Source: Chiloscyllium plagiosum
Taxonomy: Eukaryota
Reading direction: 5' to 3'
NCBI RefSeq assembly: GCF_004010195.1
Contig: NC_057718.1
Span: 33,627,851 to 33,691,850, forward strand
Length of the DNA: 64,000 bases
This document shows, one piece after another, positions 9,717-21,700 of the stretch. Below the pieces are notes generated by a model. It searched no databases, had not been told where the DNA came from, and saw only the letters and a program-made list of their open reading frames with translations. Position 1 is the first letter of the stretch. Each line of letters opens with the position of its first letter. The translations under genes and the position numbers were made by a program.

Positions 9717-12700
9717 GTAAGATTTGATCAATTGCATGAGATTGAATATTTTTATGTTCAAGACTTCTATATTGCTTTGTTAAAATCCCTATGTTCTTCC
9801 TACATCTTACATTTTTCTTTGGTGTGTATGCAGCTGACTTGTGCATGAACTTTGAACTCAAGCAGTTAGAAGGACACTATTTAGCCAATTATATTTGAAT
9901 TGGTTCTTCACTTGAAACAATCCAAACTAATGCAACGTTAATAACTATGTGATAAAGCAATGCTCTGTGTTGATGACTTTCTTCAAACTGCTTTTTACTC
10001 TTTCTCTGTATGATATTGAAAATTGACTATCCCTTATAATTTTCCAGCTGGTGGAAAACTGCCTTTCCTATGCCTTCTATCATTAGACTTTGCCAGGCTT
10101 TTGATTTTAAAAAATGAAGGTTTTAGAGAAAGAAAAGACCAACCTGAGGTCCTGGACAGGAATGAATAGGAAATTGATAATGTATTATTATTGCTTCTAA
10201 TTATGATGCATGCTTAATAAAGTAATCACTCTGATTTGTATCCTCACAGGTGAAATGTGTACACAGTGCCTCTATTTGGAGGGTAGGTTGTTCTGTTTTA
10301 TATTTGGCTGCACTTGTAGACAATGACAGTGCTAGATGGAGCAACAAATGCAGATATGAAAAATCGCAACATTGTTTTTCAATTAATTTTAATTCAGAGT
10401 TGTTTCAAGCTAACAACTGTAAATACTTAGCAAGTTTATTCATTTTATTATTATACCATGTTTCATTCACCTCCTGTATTAACCACATTCTCAATTGAAA
10501 ATGTTTAAACTTTGCTCTCCTTCCTGAGTCCATAGTGTTTGTATAAGTTGTTAATAATATTGGTCTCAGCTTTGCACCTTGAAAAAAATCTGTTTACATG
10601 TTCCACCAATCTGAATACTTGCCTTTCAACCATATTTTCTGCTTTATAGCAAGTTCACCTTCTATTCTGCTGTATTCTCGAGGGATGGTTGAAGTTTTCC
10701 AGTTTCTCAGATTCAGGAGCTGAAAACAAATTATTGTTATTGCTGTTGTAGTATGCTCTGACATGACATCACCGGTGCAACTGTGCATACATGGATGGAT
10801 CACAGCATCCATTTTGTATTGGCACAAACACTTTGCTCAAGTGTTGAGTTTGGAATGTTCTCTTACACCTGTTAGTTTTATTTTGTTACAATCGTTCCAC
10901 TTCCTTTGTAATCTTTCATCAATAAGTTGTACACAAAGTGGAATTGAGTGAACTGCTCTTTATTTATGAAATTTGGCCACATCCTCTTGGTCTTGACTCA
11001 CCGTATGCATATCTTGTCTTCAGTGTTAAACCAATCAACTTAAGTTGCTTAGTCCAAACATTTGTGATCACCTTTGGACAGTTGTTTAAGACTAAATGAA
11101 ATGCTTTACTTTGAATTTAATTTGGAACATGTTTGGGTTGGTGTTAATGCGTAAAAGATTCCAGTAACATTGGTTCCTTGTTGAAGTGCTTGAGCATTTT
11201 TAGTACCCTATCCCACATGTATCAATACAATAAAAAAAAATTGAAAGATGTGCAATACTACCACAATTTTAGTAGATTACGTTTATTTTTTAATCAGAAT
11301 GACATCTTTGCAGGTCCTGGGCAAAATGTTTTACCCTTGTCTTTTACCACTTCCAGTTGCCCATTTCAGAAAGCCTGACTGTTCACCTTGGAGTCATTAT
11401 TTGGTTTCGAAAAGCCTGTTACTGTTTGGTAAAAGCCGTCTCTGAGACCAGTCAAGGGACTTTGAAACACAAATAATAGTGCCATTCTGAATTGTCATGA
11501 ATTATTTGTTATTTCAACTTTGGAGAAATAATCACTACACATTCTTTGTAAGCTAAGCACGTTATAGCTGGGACACCTTTTGTAAAATAATGAGACTCCA
11601 CATTGCATTTAAGACAGTTGTATTCAAAGAGGCCCTTTCTAAAGTCCTTCTATAGAAAAATAGTCAATGACTAGAAATATAACTGCTTATAACTTAGCAT
11701 AAAAATCATTGAAGTAAGTTGTAAATTTGCATTTGTAAATACTTCTATTTTACTTTGTAGTTCTTCAATTTCTGCACATGACATTAGTGGATTTTAAGCT
11801 TCAAAATATGTGAGTATTTCTAAAAGTTAACTTTGTTCAGGGCTCAGATATGATTAGATATCAAAGTATGTGAATTAAGCAAAATTCACCAATTATTCAA
11901 AGACTGTAAAATTAATGAATTTGATTGCAAACCTACATTTTTTTTTAATTGTGCATTTGTGTTAAGTGCTACAGGCAGCCTTAACTCAGTGTAGGATGTT
12001 GCATTACAAGTGGAATGATAAAAATGCCTTGACTAGGTTAGAAGCTAGGTATTAAACATGTGAAGATAATATATAATGCTTGAGTAGCATGAACTGATGC
12101 ATTTTTTTGAGGCTGTGGTGAGCTGAGTATTCTATTTTACATTGTATTCAGGAATGTCCACTAATATTGGGAAAAGCCCATAACCCAATAATTAATCACA
12201 GTTCATACTACTGGCAAAAATCTTTCAATCTGGGTCAGAATCCCTATTTTGAACCCAGACGAGACTAAAATTTGCCAACATTTTTGAGCAAGCATCTGGG
12301 TGAGGGGACCTTCCACCTGATGCAGCACTTATGAGTCAACATATGAATCCTTGCAGTCAACAGCACAAATATACTGAAGCAGCACCTGTTTTTTAAAAAA
12401 AATTGCAGTAAGTGCTGTGTTTTACTGGTCTTTAAGCCATTTTGACAGCTATTGAGAGACTTGTGAAAGCTAAGCGGGTTGAGGGGAGAAGGTGGATTCC
12501 ACACGCAATTTCATGGGATGTGCGTAGAGTGGAGGATGGATCTGGTCAGGGGAGTTGGGTCCATATTTCGATTAGGAGGATGTGTGTTGAGACCAGTGGT
12601 TTCAAGCTGGGGATGATTAGGGCGTTGTTGCCATTCAATTTACGTTAGGGAAACTTGGGTCTGAAAGGGGTTCCCAGATAGATGGGGGGCTGCTTGATCT

Positions 12701-15700
12701 GGACAGAATGGGGTGGGGTCAGGTCTGGTTGTGTTTGGAAGCCGTTTACTGAATTGGGGATCAGGATGGTTGACAGTTTCAGGTCTCTTTGGAGTCCCAG
12801 GTAGGGGAATGCTGTCAGTGGTGAGTCTGGGATATCAGTTTTATTGTTGGCCAGGGGTTGGAGGAATTTATAGTTTTTCAAACTTTTCCTGTTTTAACTG
12901 TTTTGGTCAGTGAACTGGAATCATTTTGAAGTCTATCCTTCCAGTTCCAAATTGGAGAATTTTTTTGAATGTTTGCAGATGTTGTATAATTGCTTATCAG
13001 AAATTTCTGCTTCCCAGGCAATTCCCACTGAGTCAGTTTTGTTGGGAGTTCTTTATAGTCCTGAATCATAATACCTCTTCATTGCTGCAGTTAATTTCTT
13101 CCCATTGGAAGATTTCAGGCCGCTATTGTATGTTTGATTGTTTTCATGCTGCTGCTGAAAATACCATCCCACACTACTTCAAATTGGGTGAATAACCAGG
13201 CACCAAGAGCTTTGCTTGTAGGTCATCTGCACGATGTAAATATGCCATTACAGAGGAACCTCGATTATCCGAACGAGAGAGGCTAGCACTATTTCATTCG
13301 GATAATTGATTATTCGGATAATTGATAATTGATTTCCTCTGTAGGACTCGTGTGTGTGTGTGCGTGTGTGTGTGTGTATGGGGGGGGAGGGAGGAAGAGA
13401 GAGAGAGAGAGAAAGGGTGGGAGGTCAGTCATTAGAGACGGTGCCTGGACTGTCCAGGGCTGTTCTTGGCAGCATTTCAGTGAGCCGAGTTCATTTTTAA
13501 TCATTGTACATGTAAACAAAAGTCACGATCAGAGTTGAAACAGCTCTTTGACTTAATGTTTCTATCGGGACCTTGAGATCTCTTTCGGATAGTCCGTAAT
13601 TCAGAAAATTGATATTCGGATAATCGAGGTTCCTCGATTGTGTTGCATGATTTTTGAAATGCTTTTATGCATTTTTCACATGGAAAAATAATTGCCGATA
13701 ATTGCAGAGTAATCATATTCAAGGTCATATTTTAAATCTCTGTGATCCAAGTTTGATTAAGATCAAGCATAATATATTTTATTGCATTTATTTCTGATCT
13801 GAAATGCAGTTAAAGGGGATGAAAAACCTGTAAATTTCACATTTATGACTTTGATTCATTAAACCATAGACTTTGCAGACTTTCTATTAATTTTTTTGCA
13901 ACAGATATAAATTTTTAATCATTTCTTAAAATGTATTTTTGGGGTTGAAAGATGACTATATTTAATTTTGCTCTAGGAACCTTGGCGGGCAGCATATTCT
14001 GCAAAACAAGCTGATGCATGATTTATTGGCAGCCTTGAAAGCTACAATGGTCCTTGTTCAGAAAGTTCAAGAGAAAATACATGACGTTCTCTGTAGAAAT
14101 ACTGAGTCATCTCTCTGGGAAACTATGTGTGGGCTGCTCACATGCGTTATTGAAATACTCCTAGATGGTAAGCTAATGTTTGATGAATAATTGCATTTTA
14201 CTGGGGCAATGGGAGTGGACATCAAATGCCTTTTCCTCTTAAGTCAAAGCACATGATTTATTAAGGTTGGCTGCATGTCTTGTACCTTTCTTCCCACTTT
14301 CTTCTTGTTTTTTTCCTTACTATTCAGGAGATTTCTTACAGACTGTTCAGAGTACAGCAGGGATGGCTGCACTTCTGTTTATCAAGACTATTGTGGACTG
14401 TGATGAATTATTGCCAAAATTGGTGAGTGGGTCTGCTGTTTAGAGACCTAGAAGCTAATTTTGACTTTGACCTAAAGCTCTGGAAGATGATCATTTGATG
14501 TGGATTTAGGCCATTCTGCCAGGTCTTTAAGATTGCTACTATACTGACGATACTAATGTTTCCTTTAAAGCCTGTCTTTATACTCTTTAAATAAATGATA
14601 CAAAATGAAAGAATTAATTTAATTGACAATACTTAGAGGTATTGTAATTAAAGCAGAATTTCAAAAATCTGTGCCCAAATTTTATGTCTAGTTGAACTTA
14701 ATTGTATGTTTTAGTAATGGAGAGCAATTTTCTATATGAACTTAATGTCTTATCATGATACCAGATCGTTCAACTTAAATCCACACATAATGATTGAAAT
14801 TACACCAAAGGATTACTGTGGGCTAGATGGGTTAAAGATTTTCTCCTGCCTGAAATGATGGTTGTGATTTTAACAACAGGGCATGTTGGGAAATTGAAGT
14901 GATTTTTTTTGTGTGGAGGTGTGGTATTGGAGACTGCTATTTAATATAAAAATTGGACGCCTTGACTTCTACCTGGCTTCAGCTTGTTTTTAACTGGCTT
15001 TAGTTTGGATGGGTAAAGCCTGCACTTGAGGATGTTTGGTCAGGAAAACATTGTAAAATTTGGAACATGAATGGAACTTATGCCTTTCTGCGTAGATATA
15101 CTGTTGGTCCTACTGCTCACCATTTTCAACTTGTATTCATTGCAAGTTATGACAGAATAAACCTTTTGAGCTGACAGGTGGAGGAAGGTATTTCTAACAT
15201 CATTTGCTGTGAGATGCTTTATTCCTTTATTTTTGACCATTTTTAAAAAAGTCTTTATTTTTGTACTTGAATTGATTTTCTTCTTCTTTGAAGGTTCATG
15301 ATCTGCTTTTTAACTCGAATCAAAGAGCTCATGATGTACCAGAATGGCTAATTCAGAGTTGTGGACAACTTTACAGTACTCCACCTCCCGATGATGTGGT
15401 TCTTTTCCTAAGCCAGGGATCCCTGGCCATGTTGGATTGGAAAGGTGGAAAAATGAGAAATAGTGGTGAACATCTACTATTAGATATATTGACTGTTCTC
15501 CTTTCACTTAACGCACGGTAAGCGAAAGGTAGAGCATTTGTATCCTACAGTGAAATGTTTTTCATGTGTGCTGTTGGATTTCCAACTGTCTTTTTTTTTA
15601 GAAAAGTAAATTTTTTAGTGCAATGATAAAATCGCTAACTCAACCCTCATGTCTTAGTGCAGACTGGTAACTACCTGAAACTTAGTAATGTAAAAACTGT

Positions 15701-18700
15701 GTTATGCCTTAACACAAAGTAATTTATTTTCATTTCTGTAAGACATCTTTATTCCTCTTCTGTTTCTGCTCACCTGCTTCTGAAACCCTCTGAAACACTT
15801 GTCAGCTTTGCACTTTGTATGCTGTGGAAACTTGACCTCATTCAATACTCTGTTGCCTATCCAGCCAGCTCTGTTCCAGTCACCCATCATCCCTGTGAGC
15901 CACATTGGCTGTTGGCTAAGCAAACACCTTTAATTTTAAAATTGTCAACACTGTTGTCAAATCCTTCGATGATTTCACCACTACTTACTACTGTAATTTT
16001 CTTTGTCTATAATTCTGTGAGAAATCTATGCTGGTCAACTTCTGATCTCCTGAGCAGCCTGATTTTAATTTTGCAGCATATGTACTATGCCTTTAGCTGA
16101 CAAACCAATACCTTCCAAAATTTCTGTCCTAATTTTTGCAATAACTCAACTTCCTTTGCTTTCCTTCCTCTAAATGTTTGGCCAAAAAGAAACATATTGT
16201 TATCTGTATGAATATCCTTATAGCTTATTGTTAAATTTTGTTTAACGCTCTTGTGAAGCATCTTGAAGTGTTTCACTATGATAATATAAGCTGTTGTCAG
16301 TAATTAAATTTTGTTTTCATTAAAAACAAATGCTAAGAGGGATTTTGTATCAAATGTCATGTAACTGTAGCTCCAGTTGTTGAAGATGGTTGCGTATTTT
16401 TGTGATAACAAGCTTGGAGTTATCCGAGGTTCTATTTTGTTCCACAGTTGATTGTTACCTTCATTAAGAAGGCATTCTTTTCTGCTCAGCTAGCAAGAGC
16501 TCATGCAAATAAGCATTTTAATTTATTAGAAATTAATCAGGTTAAAACAAATCAATGGACAATGTAATGGCAATATTGTTATGAATACACTAGCTGCCTT
16601 CATGTAGTAATGTGACAACTAGTTTGTGTCCTAATCTCGCGTTGTAATCCTTGAAATGTTCTTTGAAGTCATGAAGCAATTTTCCATTCCAAATGTAATA
16701 CAAATTGTGCCAAAAATCCAATGGCAATTGTAAATATGCACACTTTGTTATTTTTGAAGCTGTATTTTCCATTTTTTTGACTCCAGTTTGAACTTACAAA
16801 TCCATAGTACAATTTTAGAGCCTTGTGAACATTTCCAGTGAACTAGTAGTTGGTTCACAGTAAATAATCCATTTTAGCTTTTGCTAGGTCATTTAGTCTG
16901 ATTTTAGAATTAATTGATCAACTTTTTCCCATAATTAGAAGTCTTATTATCTTTGTGCGCACATTGGATAGAGAAGATAATAGAATCCCTACTGAATTCA
17001 AAGTTTAGGATTGCCAAGTTACTCAAGTTCTGTATGGAACTTATTGCAATTCTCCTTGGTTGTTGTACCATGTGCCTGTGTAATGCTTTGTGCCATTTTC
17101 AGTTTTTCTTCTTGTTCTCTGCATGATCCAACTAATTTCAATGTAACAGAAACTCGTGTGAAAATTTAGTTTTATAACCAGTCAAGATGGTCACTCAGAT
17201 TCACTTTCCAATCAAAAGTCAACAAAATATTATGATATCGATTTTGATTTCAGTCACAAGCTCTGACTCAAATTGTTGGTTCGATGTTCAAGTTTATCTC
17301 AGAACCAATTCCTGACTAACTTGATTAGCTATTATTATTTTATATCGATACTTCCGAATCTAATCGAGAGAAGAAATTGATGTGTACCTTAGTCTAATTG
17401 TTCATGCATCACTCTTGAATTAGTGCAATCAGTTTGTATTTTTCAGGCAGATTTTTTTTAAGAAAACACAACAGAATCCTCACCTTGAGGGGTGTAAGTT
17501 ATTGTTCAGTATTAAGAAGGCAGAAAATGTGAATGAATGTGCATGTATGCCAGGCTTTTACAATTAATTGTGCTTTATTTGTTAGACATCTTAGAGCTGA
17601 TTGTTATGTAGTTAACTGATGTGAATCAAAGTTTAGATAATTGAAAGTATGTTTGAACCCTGCCTGATTGGACAAGTACTCAGATTTACTTGATAGCTAT
17701 CTTGCATAATAATTGTTAATTCAACTTCAAATAAATGGTGAATTGGCAATGCTAAGTTGCCCATAGTGTTCGGTGCATTAGTCAGAGGGAAATGGGTCTG
17801 GGTGGGTTACTCTTCAGAGCGTGAGTGTGGACTGGTTGGGCTGAAGGGCCTGTTTCCACACTGTAGGGAATTTAATCTAATCTAAATTTCGCGATGGTGG
17901 GAGTGTCTATTAAAGAGTAAAGTTGCTCAAGGGAGGCAAAAATAAGATTTATATGCTTTAATTCAAAAGGCTTATCTCCATCCATTAGCAGTTTTTGCCT
18001 AGATTGAAGGACAAGTAAAAGACAAACTAAATGCAAAGGAGTTCTGTTCAGGCATGTTCCTTAAAATAGTGACAAACCAATTCAGTACCAGATACCTATT
18101 TTAAAACTGTTGAAGTCAAAGGTGATGCTGTAAAGATGTTTGCAAGAGGGTGACCTTGTGTCTCAGTGTTGCACCACTCCCATAAATCCGCACTGCTGCA
18201 TTCTTGTGATTGGGGGAATGTCCTTATTTGCTTTCTTTTGGATGTTAAGATTTTTAAGAATGAATTGGTATAGTAAGTAAAATTTATACCTTTGTTTTAC
18301 TCTTGTTTTAGCTTAAAGGAATCCAGTATGGCAATGTCGGTTTCCAGAAATCTGAGTCTTTGGACTACTTCTGCACTAGATGCTCTCCATGTAGATACGT
18401 GCTCTCAGTATCTGAAAGATTCTCTGAATGGAAACTCTGAAGCCATTCAGAAGCTGCTTGAATACATATGGACACATTGGGAACATCCTTTGGATGGTGT
18501 GAGACATCAGACTAAAACAATATTTAAAAACATTTTAAAAATTCACCAGAAGACCATTGATGATACTTGTGTATTAACAGATCCTTTCTTCTTAAATATA
18601 ACACACAACTTAATGAGTCTAGAATGGCATATCAAAGGAAAATATGTTTTACTAGGTTGTTTAGTGGAATATTTTGGTACTGAACATATATTAACTGTGG

Positions 18701-21700
18701 ATGAGTCTATCCCTAAACAAGTTCTGGGGATAAATCTTGAACAATCTCTAGCTACGTATGCAACTGACTTGTTGGAAAAAATGTTTGTGAGTCATAAGAA
18801 TCAGTTAATGTCTTCATCCGAGTCTGGTTATTGGAGTAAACGATGGCATGACATCTGGGTATCTCCATTTCTTATGAAGCTGTGTGAGGAAAAACCAAGC
18901 CAAACAACTTATATTATTGAATATTATCTTCCCAAACTATTGAAGTGCAATCCTGACAGCTTGACCTTCATGATCAAAGAGCTTCAGTCTTCTGACAAAG
19001 CCAGCAATGTTGGTGAGTAGAAGAAAAGAACAATAGCAGTTACCTATCATCCTGCAGATTGTTTTAAATTGAAAATTTAACACTTTATTTTCGGAAGTGA
19101 AAATCTGCACCTGTTTAATTCTTTCCTTCTGTTATGCCAAAGTGTGAATAAATACTTATTGAAAGGGAGAATGACCCTCTCTTGTCTGTGGACTGATTTG
19201 GGAAACTGTAATAAGAAAACCTAATCCTCTTGTAAATCTGTGTTAGTTCATCTAAGCATTTTCAACTTTAATATTATTGAATATTGTTGTTTTACTTAAT
19301 ATATTAGGAGGCCACAATTGGCCTTTGCAAATGTTAATTTTTGTCATTGAGTCACCTCCCCTCATATCTCAATGTTTGGTCAAAGAGTTAGGTTTTTAGG
19401 AAGGGCATTCAAGGGATTAACATTTTAGCAGCTGAGGACTCAGTGACCAATCAAGAGACCAGAATTCCTCCAACCGATATGTTGGAGGCTTGAAAGGCTG
19501 CAACAGATAAAAGAAATAGGAGGCTTAGCTGCAGACACTATGGGTCGTCAGGGAGGGGGGGAAAGTTAGCTGGACCCTTCATTTGAGGAGGAGGTCTTTT
19601 ATACCCCCTTAGGATAGAGTCTTCAGATTTGATTAATGGTCAACAACACAATGGTGTGACTCCATGTGAGGCAGTTAAGGGACCAGACGGCAGGGTTCTG
19701 AAGTCTTTGTGATTGTCCAATAGGATTGAAGTTTTCTCAGCTTGTTTGGATGAGAAAGTTGGCTGAAGAGTGGATGAGGAGAAAGTGAGGACTGCAGATG
19801 CTGGAGATCAGAGCTGAAGAAGGGCTTATGCCCGAAACGTTGATTCTCCTGTTCCTTGGATGCTGCCTGACCTGCTGCGCTTTTCCAGCAACACATTTTC
19901 AGCTCTGAAGAGTGGATGAGCAAACAAACATGACACCATGGTACAGGCAGCCATCGAAATGTGGGATTTACAAGAAATGTAGTGTTAGTAGGGGCAGTAT
20001 AATGAGAGGAATTGACACTGTTCTCTCTAGCAAAGAGCATGTGTCCATGTGGCTGTGTTGTTGAACCAGTGTCAAGGTTCAGGGTATCGAATATGGGCTG
20101 GCGAGAACTTGCAGTGGGTAGGGGAGGATCTATTGGTCATGGTCCATATTGGTACCAACAAGAAGATGTAGAAACACAAAAAACAAGTATTTTAAATTTG
20201 AAAAACAGCTATGTTGCTCTGAAAACTGAGTGAACTGAAGTAAACTGGGATAATAGACCAGCAAAAACATTGGAGGTGATCATAGAATCTCGTGCAGTGT
20301 GGAAGCAGGCCATTCACCCCATCAAATCCATACCTTCTCTCCGAAGCGCACCTCACCAAACCCACCCCCCACCCTATTCCTATAACCCTGCATTTCCCAT
20401 GGCTAATCCACCTAGCCTTCTTGTCCCTGGTCACTATGGGCAATTTAGCTGGCTAAACAGTACAACCTTGAACTGTGGGGGCAAAAACCAGAGCATCTGG
20501 ATGAAACCCTCACAGATGCTGACAGTTGCCTGAGGGTGGAATTGAATCCCTGGCGCTGTGAGGCAGCAGTGCTAGCCACTGAAGCATTGTGCTGCCCACA
20601 TAATCAATGTATAAACACACACTAAGTAATAATAGAAACATAATGCAGGGTGTATAATATCACTGTTATTCTTTATTTACAGCATAAATTTCTTAAATAA
20701 TAATGAAATTTAGCCTTAAATAAAACTTCTCTTTTGCACCCTCAACTGACTACTTGGACAGCATGGAGTTCACAATAATACAGTTATCTTCTGGTGTTAC
20801 AGGCATATTTTTGCCTGTTTCAGAGTGCAGGTTCGTAAGGTGTAAGTAAGACAAAGTTCGCTGTAATTGCGCAAAAATGAATGGTAGGTCAGATGACTGA
20901 ATTGAATATAAAAAATGGCAGAGAATACCTAAAAGTTTAATCGGAATTAATCGACCATGAGAAGAGGCTAGCTAGAAATGTAAAATATATAGCAAGATTG
21001 GTATCGATTTAAAGAAAAAGTATTTGTCCTTGAGAATGGGTATAGTGGATCATAAAGAAATGGAAGATAAAATAAATAAATATTTTGTCTTCGCTATAAA
21101 GGATACAGAAAAAAAATCCCAGTAATACCTGGAAATCTTGAGGTTGGAGCAAGAGAGAGAGTAGTTTGGTTAAATTATTAGCACCAGGGAAGCAGTATTG
21201 TGCAAACTGGGACTAGCGGTGTTTTTAAGTCTCTGGCTCCTGATGGACTTCCTCCAGGGGCTTTAAATGGCGACTAATGAAGTCAATGTGTTAATGTTAA
21301 TTTTACAGAATTTATTAGACCTGGAAGGGTTCCATTTGACTGGAAAATAGCAAATATAATCTCTGTTCAAGAAGGGAGGCAGAAAACAAGAAACTAAAAG
21401 TCAGTTAGCTTGATGTCTGTGGTGAGTAAGTTCTTAGAATCGATCATTAAAGAGGTTTAACGAGGGAAAAAAACCCGGGAAGAATCTGTATGCTTTGTGA
21501 AAGGAAAATCCTGTTTAATCAATTTTTTGGAATGCTTTGAAGTTCTTTGCATCTGGGTATTTTGGTACCTAAGAGCTGGTCAGATTCTTTCCGGGAATTC
21601 AAATTTCCATTTGAATTTTAGATTTTTAGGTTATTGGGTTTTAGAATTTTTTTATGGTCACAACTACTTAAGTACAAGAGTATAGTGAAAAGTGTATAAT

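Noticed and set aside
12300..13200. Possible additional repeat or LTR
   Set aside because: The composition is repeat-like, but I could not identify termini, a TSD or coding motifs.
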